Shown one piece after another: positions 37,543 through 47,156 of a DNA stretch of 64,000 nt. Within the stretch, counting starts at the first letter, position 1; each line of letters opens with the position of its first letter. The stretch comes from Promethearchaeota archaeon (GTDB lineage: Archaea > Asgardarchaeota > Lokiarchaeia > Sigyniarchaeales > SOKP01), in the NCBI GenBank assembly GCA_016840085.1, contig JAEOTA010000004.1, positions 32,001 to 96,000 on the forward strand, read 5' to 3'. The position numbers were made by a program, and so were the translations under genes. Under the pieces are notes generated by a model. The model was not told where the DNA came from, made no database searches, and saw only the letters and a program-made list of their open reading frames with translations.

Positions 37543-38394
37543 TTATAAAACTGACCTTAGATATTCAGACGATTCTTGGGCAACTTCTTCAAAAGAAGGT
37601 TTCATGATAGTTTCTAATGAGGCAAAACCATTATAGCCTGATCTTTTAAAAATATTTAGAAATGTTCTGAAATCGAAATGTCCTGTTCCTGGAGCCCTTC
37701 GTGTGCAATCTGCTAAATGCAGATGAGAAACATAATGAGTTATTTCTTCTAAGTAGTCCCAAATAAACCCAGGATCTTCTTCTAAATAAGTGTGATAAGT
37801 ATCAATTAATAGTTTTAAATTTTCATAGCCAATTTCTTCTATCAATTCTATTGATTCTGAGATTGTATTATAAGAATCAATTTCAAATCGGTTAATAGGT
37901 TCAAATAGTAATTCAACATTATAGTTTTCTGCTAATCTGCAACATTCTTTCAATGATGACTTGATGTTCATCTTCTCTTTTTTTTGATTACTCTCGAAAT
38001 CATATCGACCCCTAATTAAACCTATAATAACTTTCGATTTAACCTTAGTAGCAAATTCTATATATTTTTCTATTCTCTCAATAGCTTTTTTTCTTATAGT
38101 TTCACTAATATGCCCTAATGAACAACCAAATCGTATAAAGGTGTTTCCTGTTCCTAATGCGGGGATTTCCATTTCATAAGAATCTTGAATTTCTTCAATC
38201 CTTTTCGCGTTAATTTTTTCTGGTTCTAATAAACTTAATTCAATTCCTTTATAATTTAGCGGTTTTAAAAACTCACATAGGGAAGTAAACTTTTTTATTA
38301 CATCTTCTTGATTACGGTTGGATTCATCGAGAGCAGATACAATACTCAATCGCATATAATTCTTAATATCTAGGATTATTAAAAAGTTTAACAT
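37543..38394 (-). CDS. iolO: 5-keto-L-gluconate epimerase-like sugar isomerase (IolO type)
   Basis: ALGTG, IIGLIRG, EPINRFE, DTYH, HLAD, PGTGHFDF TIM-barrel motifs; iol context. Likely start MRLS at 38355. Confidence 0.8.
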   Translation of the reverse strand: MLNFLIILDIKNYMRLSIVSALDESNRNQEDVIKKFTSLCEFLKPLNYKGIELSLLEPEKINAKRIEEIQDSYEMEIPALGTGNTFIRFGCSLGHISETIRKKAIERIEKYIEFATKVKSKVIIGLIRGRYDFESNQKKEKMNIKSSLKECCRLAENYNVELLFEPINRFEIDSYNTISESIELIEEIGYENLKLLIDTYHTYLEEDPGFIWDYLEEITHYVSHLHLADCTRRAPGTGHFDFRTFLNIFKRSGYNGFASLETIMKPSFEEVAQESSEYLRSVL

Positions 38395-38449
38395 ATATGA
38401 CTAACTTTTATAATTAATACAACTTAATTTTAGAGGTTAAAATGAAAAA

Positions 38450-39418
38450 ATGAGCAAATGGAATCTACCACCTAAAGATGTGGGACATATGGATAAACCA
38501 AATGGAATATACCTTCAAACAATGTCAATCCTTGAGATTAATGAACGTCTAAAAGAGAATGATGTGATTATAATACCAATAGGTTCTACAGAGAATCATG
38601 GATCAGCAGCATGTATAGGAGAAGATACTTTTTTAGTAACACGAATGGCAGAATTAATCGCTCAAAAAACAGGTTGCACTGTTGCGGAGCCAATTTGGTA
38701 TGGGAGTCATCCTTATCATCATGTTGGAATGCCAGGTTCTATAATTGTTCCCGAAAAAATCTTTAAAGGTATAGTAAGAGCAGTTATTGCCGGATTGTGG
38801 AATATGGGTTTCAGAAAGCAAATATTACTAAATGGACACGGACAAGAATATGTAATTCCCTCAGCAATTCATGAGTGGGCTAAGAACTACCAACTCCCGG
38901 CATTGCTATGTAATGTTAACTGGTACCATGCCATTCCAAATCATTGTATGGATAAAGAACATGGAGGGCCATTTGAAACACCTTTTATTCATGCGGATGA
39001 GGCAGAAACCTCATTTTCGATGGCATTATTTCCTGAAATGATAAAATTAGAAAAAGCATGTGACAATGAGCCTGTTGGATGGATGCCAGAAGGTCATGTT
39101 GATAAGGCAGGGAATATATATCAAAGACCAATCAAATGGTATGGTCAAGTAGGATTTGGTCCAATAGAGGTTGCTGCTTATCCAGAAGGAAATGTTGGAT
39201 GCCCAAGTAAGGCATCTTTAGAAAAAGGGTTACCAGGTATAGAAGCACTCTTAGATTATTTGGAAAAATTAGTTAATGACATACTAAAAACCTTCCCTCC
39301 TGGAAAATTACCACCAGTTGAAGGTATTACTCAACGAGATCCTAAAGAAGTTGAAAAGTATATCAAAGGAGCTCTTAAAGGTGGGAAGAGCATTTACGAA
39401 TTAAGATATCCACCTTAA
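38450..39418 (+). CDS. iolN: 3-dehydro-scyllo-inosose hydrolase (creatininase family, IolN type)
   Basis: PIGSTENHG, GEDT, YGSHPYHH, NGHGQE, PFIHADEAETS; iol context. Confidence 0.85.
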   Translation: MSKWNLPPKDVGHMDKPNGIYLQTMSILEINERLKENDVIIIPIGSTENHGSAACIGEDTFLVTRMAELIAQKTGCTVAEPIWYGSHPYHHVGMPGSIIVPEKIFKGIVRAVIAGLWNMGFRKQILLNGHGQEYVIPSAIHEWAKNYQLPALLCNVNWYHAIPNHCMDKEHGGPFETPFIHADEAETSFSMALFPEMIKLEKACDNEPVGWMPEGHVDKAGNIYQRPIKWYGQVGFGPIEVAAYPEGNVGCPSKASLEKGLPGIEALLDYLEKLVNDILKTFPPGKLPPVEGITQRDPKEVEKYIKGALKGGKSIYELRYPP

Positions 39419-39496
39419 ACTTTTATTTTTTGTTTTTTTATGAGAGTTTTAAGATTGAATAAAGCTTAATTTAAAATTGAAAAAAGAAAAAAAAAA

Positions 39497-39979
39497 TTAT
39501 ATTTTCGCACCACAATAGGTACAATATTGAGCAGACTCTTTACTTATTGGTGTTCCACAATTAAAACAATATTTTCCACGTTCTTCAGTATTTACAGGCT
39601 CTTCTGGGATAGTTAAATGTTTAATTTGTCCTGTTTTTGTCGAAAACTTTCCTACCAGCTGACCAGAAGCTTTTAAATCTAAAATAATGGCTTGAACATC
39701 CTTTTCTGTTATTCCTGTACTCATACTCACATCTTCTATTGAAGCTTCAGGATTTGTTTGGAACTCTTGCAACACAACATTCCGTAATTTACTCCTATTA
39801 GCTATTGCTACGATTTGACTGGATAAAATAGCAGCACCAATCCCTATTGCTATAAATCCCCACCATGACCACCTATCCCACGGTATAAAACTTGTTATAC
39901 CCCACCAGAAAAAAGCACCAGCTATTATAAAAGTACAAACTGAAACACTATCAGAATATTGATTTTTTTCATATTTCAT
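39497..39979 (-). CDS. Membrane protein with winged-helix and C-terminal double Zn-ribbon
   Basis: Two TMs, a helical segment, then CFNCG...CTYCG. Confidence 0.7.
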   Translation of the reverse strand: MKYEKNQYSDSVSVCTFIIAGAFFWWGITSFIPWDRWSWWGFIAIGIGAAILSSQIVAIANRSKLRNVVLQEFQTNPEASIEDVSMSTGITEKDVQAIILDLKASGQLVGKFSTKTGQIKHLTIPEEPVNTEERGKYCFNCGTPISKESAQYCTYCGAKI

Positions 39980-40105
39980 CTAAATTACCTCACTTAGAGT
40001 GATATTTAATTGGAATATTAAATCAATATTTAAATGTTTTTAAGAGTCCAATTTCTAATTTGTTAAAAAAAAATACAAGCAGTCAGTGGATGAATAAAAA
40101 ACCAT

Positions 40106-40525
40106 TCAATTTGTGATTATACACTTATTTATTACTCCAAAGACCGATGAGAAATCAATTTGATCTTCCATTAACACGACAATGATTTTTCCTAAAATTT
40201 TAACTGAGAGAATGTAGAAATTGTCTGTGTGTATTAATGTGAAATCAGGGTTATGAACTCCTATTTCTGCTGCTATTTCTTCAGCTAACTCATATAACTG
40301 CGACATATTTAAACCTATTGAAGTTTTATTGAACTCTTGACTAATATATGACTTAATTACAACGCCATTCTCAGAAGTAATTAAAATAAAATATAATCCA
40401 GATTGTCCGAATTCTTTTATTAATCTATCTATGACTAAGTTAACTTCTAAAGTCGCAGTCATTATGTTATAATTAAACATCACTCTATTTAAGAATTTAT
40501 GGTAAAACCTTTTATCTTGGTTCAA
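40106..40525 (-). CDS. Roadblock/LAMTOR-like domain protein
   Basis: Helix, FILITSENGVVIKS, helix, three strands, helix: roadblock/profilin-like pattern. Confidence 0.6.
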   Translation of the reverse strand: MNQDKRFYHKFLNRVMFNYNIMTATLEVNLVIDRLIKEFGQSGLYFILITSENGVVIKSYISQEFNKTSIGLNMSQLYELAEEIAAEIGVHNPDFTLIHTDNFYILSVKILGKIIVVLMEDQIDFSSVFGVINKCIITN

Positions 40526-40580
40526 AATCCTGGATTATCTAAATAATTATAATTTATAAAGTGTTAGCAAATAATGGAAA

Positions 40581-41045
40581 TCAATCAAAAGAAAAATACT
40601 GATCAATCACATTTTCAAAACTATGGAAAGGTGTTAAATCTCCCTTAAAATCTTTTACATACGATTCATAATATTTTTCTAAAAAATCGTTAAAAATAAT
40701 ATGGATATACTTATTTGTATCTTCTGTATAATTTTCTTTTTCGATAAAATAAGCAAAAATTACGCCATTTTTAGTATCGATATGCAGATCAACATTTTTT
40801 AGCTTTAATTCTATTTCTCTACTTCCAATAAAATCTTTCGAATAAATCATAATCGCTGATAAAAAACCAGCTATTTGAAAAATATTTTTAGTGATATTTG
40901 TTCTCTTCTTAGCTACTTTCGAGAAGAATAATAATCCTGTTTCATTTAATATTAAAATACCGACTAATTGACCTTTAACCCGAGGAATATCAACAACTCG
41001 ACTACAAATGCTATTAATTTCTGTATTAGTAGTATCTAATCCCAT
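40581..41045 (-). CDS. Longin-like domain protein
   Basis: GILILNETGLLFFSK...IAGFLSAIMIYSKD...FLEKY...FKGDLTPFHSFE, an Asgard longin-like pattern. Confidence 0.7.
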   Translation of the reverse strand: MGLDTTNTEINSICSRVVDIPRVKGQLVGILILNETGLLFFSKVAKKRTNITKNIFQIAGFLSAIMIYSKDFIGSREIELKLKNVDLHIDTKNGVIFAYFIEKENYTEDTNKYIHIIFNDFLEKYYESYVKDFKGDLTPFHSFENVIDQYFSFD

Positions 41046-41223
41046 TTTAAAAATAATCTTTTTGTGTTAAAAATTCTAATTTGTGTTAATAAAATAATCG
41101 AAATACAAATATTTAAATATGTTTTTGATAATAATTGTTTCTTTTTGACAACAAACAACAATCTATATATGTTGATTGTTGATAATTGAATATGATAAAT
41201 TAATAAAAGGAAGAATTTTATAG

Positions 41224-41327
41224 TGGGCCTGGCAGGATTCGAACCTGCGACATCCCAGTCCGAAGCCGGGCACCCTTTCTGTTTTTTTCCTTATTGGAAA
41301 AAAATATCCAGACTAGATTACAGGCCC
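41224..41327 (-). tRNA. tRNA-Arg(TCG) with a ~29-nt D-loop intron
   Basis: GGGCCTG/CAGGCCC acceptor, CCCGG-CTTCGGA-CTGGG, GCAGG-TTCGAAT-CCTGC; the D-loop is interrupted by hairpin TTTTTTTCC-AATAA-GGAAAAAAA with a TCTG/CAGA central helix. Exact junctions uncertain. Confidence 0.93.
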
Positions 41328-41599
41328 AATAAAAATTGGGATTGTAAATTATAATAACTATAATAGAATAAGCAAATTAAATTTTAACTATTTTGTTTTA
41401 GTGGTGTCATTCCTTAAATAATAATTATTATTATAATTTTTATCTTAAATTTAACGTCTCAAGTGATACATACCCATTAATACATAGGATTAAAAATAAA
41501 TAGTGATAATATTTTTATCCTTTATTTCAAAAAAAGTTTTACAACAAGAATACTAATGAGTATTGTAAATTCAAACTAAATAGGAAAATCAATAGTAGT

Positions 41600-42049
41600 T
41601 TACTCTATTTTTTTAAAACCATTATTTATATATTTTAGAATTAACCTTAATAGTTTAATGAATCTTAAACCCTGAGTAAGATCACCATCAACTTTAATTA
41701 TACCTTTCATATATGCTTCACTTCCACGCATTTCTCGCTTAAGAACTTTGATTATTATATCCTTTGTAAATTTCACCTGAAATGACGCATCTCTGTTAAC
41801 TCCCTTTTTATAAATTATTGATTCCTTAGACACCTTAATCCAAAAATTAAATTTTATGTCTGTTATAAAAATCTGATAAATATAGTTATAATCATTGATT
41901 TCTTCTAAGAGTTCCTCTGTATTCATGACAATATTTATTCCCAAGTTTATAATCTTGCCTAAATTAGTAATAAACTCTTGGTTCTTATCCTCTAAATCGC
42001 TAATTACCGAATTGAAACTTTTTGAATCAAGCATATTAATTTGGGTCAT
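41600..42049 (-). CDS. SCP2 sterol/lipid-binding domain protein
   Basis: AYMKGIIKVDGDL SCP2 motif. Confidence 0.85.
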   Translation of the reverse strand: MTQINMLDSKSFNSVISDLEDKNQEFITNLGKIINLGINIVMNTEELLEEINDYNYIYQIFITDIKFNFWIKVSKESIIYKKGVNRDASFQVKFTKDIIIKVLKREMRGSEAYMKGIIKVDGDLTQGLRFIKLLRLILKYINNGFKKIE

Positions 42050-42208
42050 ATGCCACTATAAAAAATATTATTATACCTAAGTATTCCTTATTATCTACAT
42101 CATCATAAAACAATATAAATCTTTCTATGAGGATGTATTAACATCCTATTCAGAATAAAATTTTTATATTTTCCTTTATTTCTTTGATTATATACTTATT
42201 TTTCTAAA

Positions 42209-42316
42209 GCCCACATAGTGTAGCCCGGTCCAGCATTCGGGACTGTCACTCCTGCGACGCGGGTTCAAAAAAAATATGGTTTCTCCGTGTTTTGGAACAT
42301 CCCGCTGTGGGCGCCA
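42209..42316 (+). tRNA. tRNA-Asp(GTC) with a 30-nt T-loop intron (58/59 or 59/60) and encoded CCA
   Basis: GCCCACA/TGTGGGC acceptor, CGGGA-CTGTCAC-TCCTG, GCGGG-TTCAAA[42270-42299]T-CCCGC, then G-CCA. Confidence 0.94.
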
Positions 42317-42445
42317 TTATAAATTTAGATTAACTCATTTTAATTGAATTTCTTATAAAAACTGTAATAAAAGTGTCAAATTTTTAGTTTCTGCAACATT
42401 ATTACTATTAATTTAAGATTTAATTACTTAATATCTAAATTTAAA

Positions 42446-43705
42446 ATGAGTAATCATTCAGATAATAAAGTTGAATTAATGGCACCTTTAAAGAATTTTA
42501 AATCTTTAAATGCCGCATTAAAAAATGCTAATGCGGTCTATTTTGGTGTTGAATCGCTAAATATGCGAATGTTTAGTGACAATTTTAAATTAGAGGATTT
42601 GAATAAAATTGTTTCATTATGCCATGAAAATAATGTGAAAGCGTATTTGACTACAAACGTAGTAATTTATGATAATGAAATTGAATTAACAGAAAAAATA
42701 TTAAATAAGGCTTCTGAAGCAGAAATTGATGCTGTTATAATACATGATATTGGAGCAATAGAATTAGCAAAAAGTAAAGGATTAAAGTTCCATATTTCTA
42801 CTCAAGCTAATGTATCTAATGCTCTGTCAGCTAAATTTTATGAAAACTTAGGAGCTGAAAGATTAATTCTAGCAAGGGAATTATCACTTGAGCAAATTAA
42901 AGAGATAAGAAAAAAAGTAAGTAAATGTGAACTTGAAATATTTATTCATGGAGCACAATGCACTTCTATTTCGGGCAGATGCTATTTTTCAGCTGAAATT
43001 TGTGAATCACAGGATTATTCAGCAAATCGAGGGAAGTGTATTCAACCATGTCGGAGAAGATGGAAAGTATATGATGATGAAAATAATGAATTCATTTATG
43101 ACGGCGTTTTTTTTATAAACACTAAAGATCTTTGTATGATTGAACATATTCCTCTATTAATTCAAGCAAATATAGATGCTTTTAAGATAGAAGGGAGAAT
43201 GAGAGACCCTATTTATATTGAGGAAGTTACTAAATGTTATCGTGAAGCTATAGATGCATATTACGAAAATACATTTACAAATCAAAAAGTTCAAGAATGG
43301 CTTACTCGCTTGAAAAGAGTATACAATCGAGGTTTTTCTACTGGATTTTATTTTGGATTTCCTAAAGGTAGCGAAATTGAAGGAGAACGAGAAGGAAATA
43401 TTTCAGATTTCAGAAAAATTGAAATTGGGAAAGTAATATCTTATTTCCCCGAAAAATCCGCAGCAAAAATTATTTTAACTAAAGGAAAATTAAAATTGGG
43501 AGATGAAGTTTTTATTATTGGGACTCACACAGATACTTACTTGCATCAAAAAATTCAATCAATTCAAATTAAACAAAAAAAGAATCTAACTGAAACACCC
43601 ATCGTGTCAAAAGGTAAACCAATAACAGTTGGGATACTAGTCGATAAACCTGTTAAAAAGAATGATAGAATTTTCAAATTAGAATCTATGAATAAAAATA
43701 ATTAA
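42446..43705 (+). CDS. U32-family protein (TrhP/RlhA-like RNA hydroxylation)
   Basis: ELMAP, HISTQAN, LARELSL, HGAQCTSISGRC, NRGKCIQPCR, FKIEGR. Confidence 0.92.
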   Translation: MSNHSDNKVELMAPLKNFKSLNAALKNANAVYFGVESLNMRMFSDNFKLEDLNKIVSLCHENNVKAYLTTNVVIYDNEIELTEKILNKASEAEIDAVIIHDIGAIELAKSKGLKFHISTQANVSNALSAKFYENLGAERLILARELSLEQIKEIRKKVSKCELEIFIHGAQCTSISGRCYFSAEICESQDYSANRGKCIQPCRRRWKVYDDENNEFIYDGVFFINTKDLCMIEHIPLLIQANIDAFKIEGRMRDPIYIEEVTKCYREAIDAYYENTFTNQKVQEWLTRLKRVYNRGFSTGFYFGFPKGSEIEGEREGNISDFRKIEIGKVISYFPEKSAAKIILTKGKLKLGDEVFIIGTHTDTYLHQKIQSIQIKQKKNLTETPIVSKGKPITVGILVDKPVKKNDRIFKLESMNKNN

Positions 43706-43779
43706 ATTAAACTTATAAAAAATTTAAAGAAAAAAAAAGAAATGATTATATAGAATGGGTTGATTTTAATGAGAACCTT

Positions 43780-44226
43780 TTATAAATCTTCAACTAAATC
43801 TTCATATGCTTCTAATGCTAATTCAATAATTTCCTGGAAAGCCATAGCATCTTGAAGATTTCCTTCTACAGTGATATCTCCTGCCATATATGCACTTGTT
43901 GCATCAACTTCGCCCATTAGAATTCCAGCACCAACTTCTAAAGTTGAAGACATAGTGAATGAAGGATTATCTACATCTCCATCACCAAAATCTAAATCGC
44001 CCTCTTTCACAGTTAGCCAAAATTTCTTGTCTGCGTCTGAAATTACCATTTGAATAGCGATATCCATGTCTTCAAGCTCTTCTTTAAGATCTTCATTCTC
44101 AGTTGAGATTTCTTTAATGAACGCAAAAACCTTCATCATATCGTCAACCACAGCTGCTCCAGCTCCCTTTTCCTGGGCCGCTTTTAAATCTTTTAATAAT
44201 GATTCGTCAACCATTTTAATTTTCAA
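43780..44226 (-). CDS. SCP2 sterol/lipid-binding domain protein
   Basis: DATSAYMAGDITVEGNLQDAM SCP2 motif; acidic. Confidence 0.9.
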   Translation of the reverse strand: MKIKMVDESLLKDLKAAQEKGAGAAVVDDMMKVFAFIKEISTENEDLKEELEDMDIAIQMVISDADKKFWLTVKEGDLDFGDGDVDNPSFTMSSTLEVGAGILMGEVDATSAYMAGDITVEGNLQDAMAFQEIIELALEAYEDLVEDL

Positions 44227-44620
44227 CCTTCTTTTTTAGTTTTATACTATATTTTCAAAATTAATTGATTAATTAAATGTATAAAATTGCAATTAGTATT
44301 AAACCTTAATATTATAAAAAGGTTTTATTTCTTTTTTACGTCGTTAAGTTTTAAAACAAATAAAAAAGAATAGATAACAAATAATTATTTTTTTTTAAAA
44401 GGCTAAGAACAAAAGAAAATTGTCGTGATAAGCTTCAAGGAATTTATAAAATACTTAGGAGTATTTAAACTATCATTTCTTCGTCATTAAATAATACTCT
44501 TATATTATTGAGTCTTATTACCTAATTTAGTTAATTTTTCCTTGATAATGCCAAAAATTAAATCAGTGAACTTTTATTAATTTGTAAGAGATAAACGACT
44601 AATAATTATTATCAATAATT

Positions 44621-45250
44621 TTGCCAAGAAAAATGATGTTAGAACAGTTATATAATGCTACTGATAATTTAATTAACCAACAGTTTTATAAAGAAGGTCG
44701 CGATATTATCATAGGCAGAACACCTGAAGTTTCAGTAAAAATTAGCAATTCAGGGCAAATTATAAGAAGATTTAAAGATTTATTTAACCAGAATTTACAT
44801 TTATTTTTAGAAGGTAAATATTTCAAATTTTTAAATCTTTTTAAGAAAATTAAGGGAGTAGATGATAATTATATTGGAGAAATTTATCAGGATCTTCAAC
44901 TTAAATTAGAAAATTTAAAAGATACAGAAAATATTAATGTAATTGTTCTATATGCAATCGTATTAAACTCTATAATTTCAACAATAAGAGATCTTAACTT
45001 TGCAACAACCCTTAGAGAAATTAAGCTACGTGTGAACTATAGAATAACTATAAGTGAGAGGAAAATTCAAGATGAATTAGATAAACTATTTATGAGAAAT
45101 GATAATAATGTTTCAATTTTATATAACATTTCATATCTTGACACATTAGCAGAATCATTTCATTATAAAAAAGTAGCTAGAACCTGCAAAATACAAAGAG
45201 GTAAATATATAAATCGTATTGTTAATTTAATTGTTGCTTCTAATAATTAG
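44621..45250 (+). CDS. Hypothetical protein
   Basis: 209-aa ORF, no recognised motif. Confidence 0.6.
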   Translation: MPRKMMLEQLYNATDNLINQQFYKEGRDIIIGRTPEVSVKISNSGQIIRRFKDLFNQNLHLFLEGKYFKFLNLFKKIKGVDDNYIGEIYQDLQLKLENLKDTENINVIVLYAIVLNSIISTIRDLNFATTLREIKLRVNYRITISERKIQDELDKLFMRNDNNVSILYNISYLDTLAESFHYKKVARTCKIQRGKYINRIVNLIVASNN

Positions 45251-45266
45251 AGATAAAATAATAAAT

Positions 45267-46016
45267 CTATATAACTTTACTTTTTATCATATTTTCAAGT
45301 AGAATTTTAGCTAGATTTTCCAATACTATAGTTCTCAAATTCTCATCAATCACTCGTATTCTATCTGAGAATTCGATTTGTATTGACTGTGAATTGTTAA
45401 TTTGGGATGCACCATATTGTTCTGTTATATACCCCCCAGTTAAGACATATTCTTTTCTTCTCGGGTGACCTGGTGCAATCGGTATATTTAACTTTATAAA
45501 TTTTTTTATAATGTCTCCGCGAATATTTTTATCCCAATCTTTCCTTGGGATTGGATGAGGGAAAAATGAATAAAGATTATTTGTTCCTAAAATTATATCA
45601 ACATCTCTAAATCCTGAAGGTCGGTTATTTGCTTCAAATCCATGAATATCAATCAATAGGGAATAATTATATATTCTTAAATTATTCAAAATTAGATCTC
45701 TGATTTTATTATGATAAAACGTGTAAATCTCTCTAGCAAATAAAGAATTTTGGTTATAAGCATCATCTTTACCTCTATTTAAATCAATTTTACTTCGATG
45801 TATTTTTGAAATAATATAAGATGGGCTTTTAGAATCTAAAATTTCAAACTTTTCAATTAAATCTATAGTAAATTGTATTGTACCTTTATCTATCCCAAAT
45901 ATTCCACTTGACCTTTTAGGGATAAATGAGCACTTTGAAGTTCCCCCATGAGGTACAGATATGATTAAAGGAATATTACCTTGTTTAAATTCTATGTATT
46001 CCTTTGAATCAAACAT
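45267..46016 (-). CDS. N-formylglutamate amidohydrolase-like protein
   Basis: IISVPHGG, RSKIDLNR, LIDIHG, GGYITEQYG, IQIE. Confidence 0.85.
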   Translation of the reverse strand: MFDSKEYIEFKQGNIPLIISVPHGGTSKCSFIPKRSSGIFGIDKGTIQFTIDLIEKFEILDSKSPSYIISKIHRSKIDLNRGKDDAYNQNSLFAREIYTFYHNKIRDLILNNLRIYNYSLLIDIHGFEANNRPSGFRDVDIILGTNNLYSFFPHPIPRKDWDKNIRGDIIKKFIKLNIPIAPGHPRRKEYVLTGGYITEQYGASQINNSQSIQIEFSDRIRVIDENLRTIVLENLAKILLENMIKSKVI

Positions 46017-46084
46017 TATATCTTTATATAAACATCCCTAAGTTATAAAATATTAATAAAAAGAGAATATAAAATAATGAGAAT

Positions 46085-46540
46085 TTAAATTTGAAGGACT
46101 AAGTAAATAACATAAAATAAAATGAATGTCAGGGAATCAAATATATAAAACAATACAAACTCATATTTCTTAATTTTTTCATAAAGTAAATAAGCACATC
46201 CTAAACACATTAAACCCCCTAAACCAACCAAAATTATATCAAAAATGGCATTAACAATGCTATCTTGTCGATTCTGATACTTTAAGCCCCACTCATAAAC
46301 GAGAGTATTTTCAATAAGTTCCCAAAATATTCCAAATATTATCGTACCAATGAGAAAGGCGAACCAATGGGACATTTTTACTTTAAAATTATTTGGGTCA
46401 ATTAAATTTCTTAATGTTGATATTAGCGAGAGTAAAGCAAAAACCACAATTCCCATACAAATATGACCAAAACTGAAAAAATCAAATATAGATCGATTTA
46501 TTTCACTTGGAAGCGTTGCCCATAGCCAGTTAAATAACAT
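46085..46540 (-). CDS. Membrane protein (H...WE...D motif family)
   Basis: FDFFSFGH, FWELIEN, DSIVNAIFDI; about 4 TMs. Confidence 0.65.
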   Translation of the reverse strand: MLFNWLWATLPSEINRSIFDFFSFGHICMGIVVFALLSLISTLRNLIDPNNFKVKMSHWFAFLIGTIIFGIFWELIENTLVYEWGLKYQNRQDSIVNAIFDIILVGLGGLMCLGCAYLLYEKIKKYEFVLFYIFDSLTFILFYVIYLVLQI

Positions 46541-46699
46541 ATTTCTCTCCTTTTGATAATTTATATATAATTTAAAATAATTTATTATAAATTTAATTTA
46601 GAAAGTAATGTAATTAGGTTATCATTTTTATTAAAACCGTTAAATAATATTAACGATTTTTATTAAAAAATGTTTACATGAAGTTTACGTTCAATGCCG

Positions 46700-46872
46700 T
46701 TTATTCATGAGGGCTAAAACCCGTAGCCTCTATCCGATGGCCAAAAGGCATCTCGGACTACTTAATCTTCTGAAAGATTATCATTCTAGTGCTATACTAG
46801 ATGGGCTTTCAGCTACATGTCCTCCCGATTCGGGAGCAATTTTCTAAAAATGAGGGAAGTCCTCTGAGAATA
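46700..46872. ncRNA. Candidate structured non-coding RNA, family unknown
   Basis: About 43% GC (hand count, 46701-46870) inside a very AT-rich 600-bp intergenic region; four hairpins nested in two long-range helices (see findings). Confidence 0.55.
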
Positions 46873-47156
46873 CAACTATAGTTCCAATGCAATGATACTA
46901 TAAAAATAAATAATTCTTTCTTGGTTCACCTTTTATTTAAAACATTTAATTATTTTATTTCAATTAAAAAGAGATTCCTATTTAAATTGAATGAGTCATA
47001 TGAATTTTGATATAATAATTGGATGTCTTGAGACATTAAAGCTAACAATAAACAAATTATATTAAAATTTTTTAATATGAATTAAGATTTTTAATATATT
47101 TTATGATTATATATAATCAGGATAATAATACTATCAAATTTATTTTGTGTTAATCT

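Noticed and set aside
46852-46864. GAGGGAAGTCC resembling RNase P CR-I, and nearby GGGAGCAA resembling SRP helix 8
   Set aside because: The CR-I-like motif lies at the 3' end of the GC island with no downstream CR-V, and there is no CAGG/GNRA helix 8 context. The region is kept only as an unassigned ncRNA candidate.
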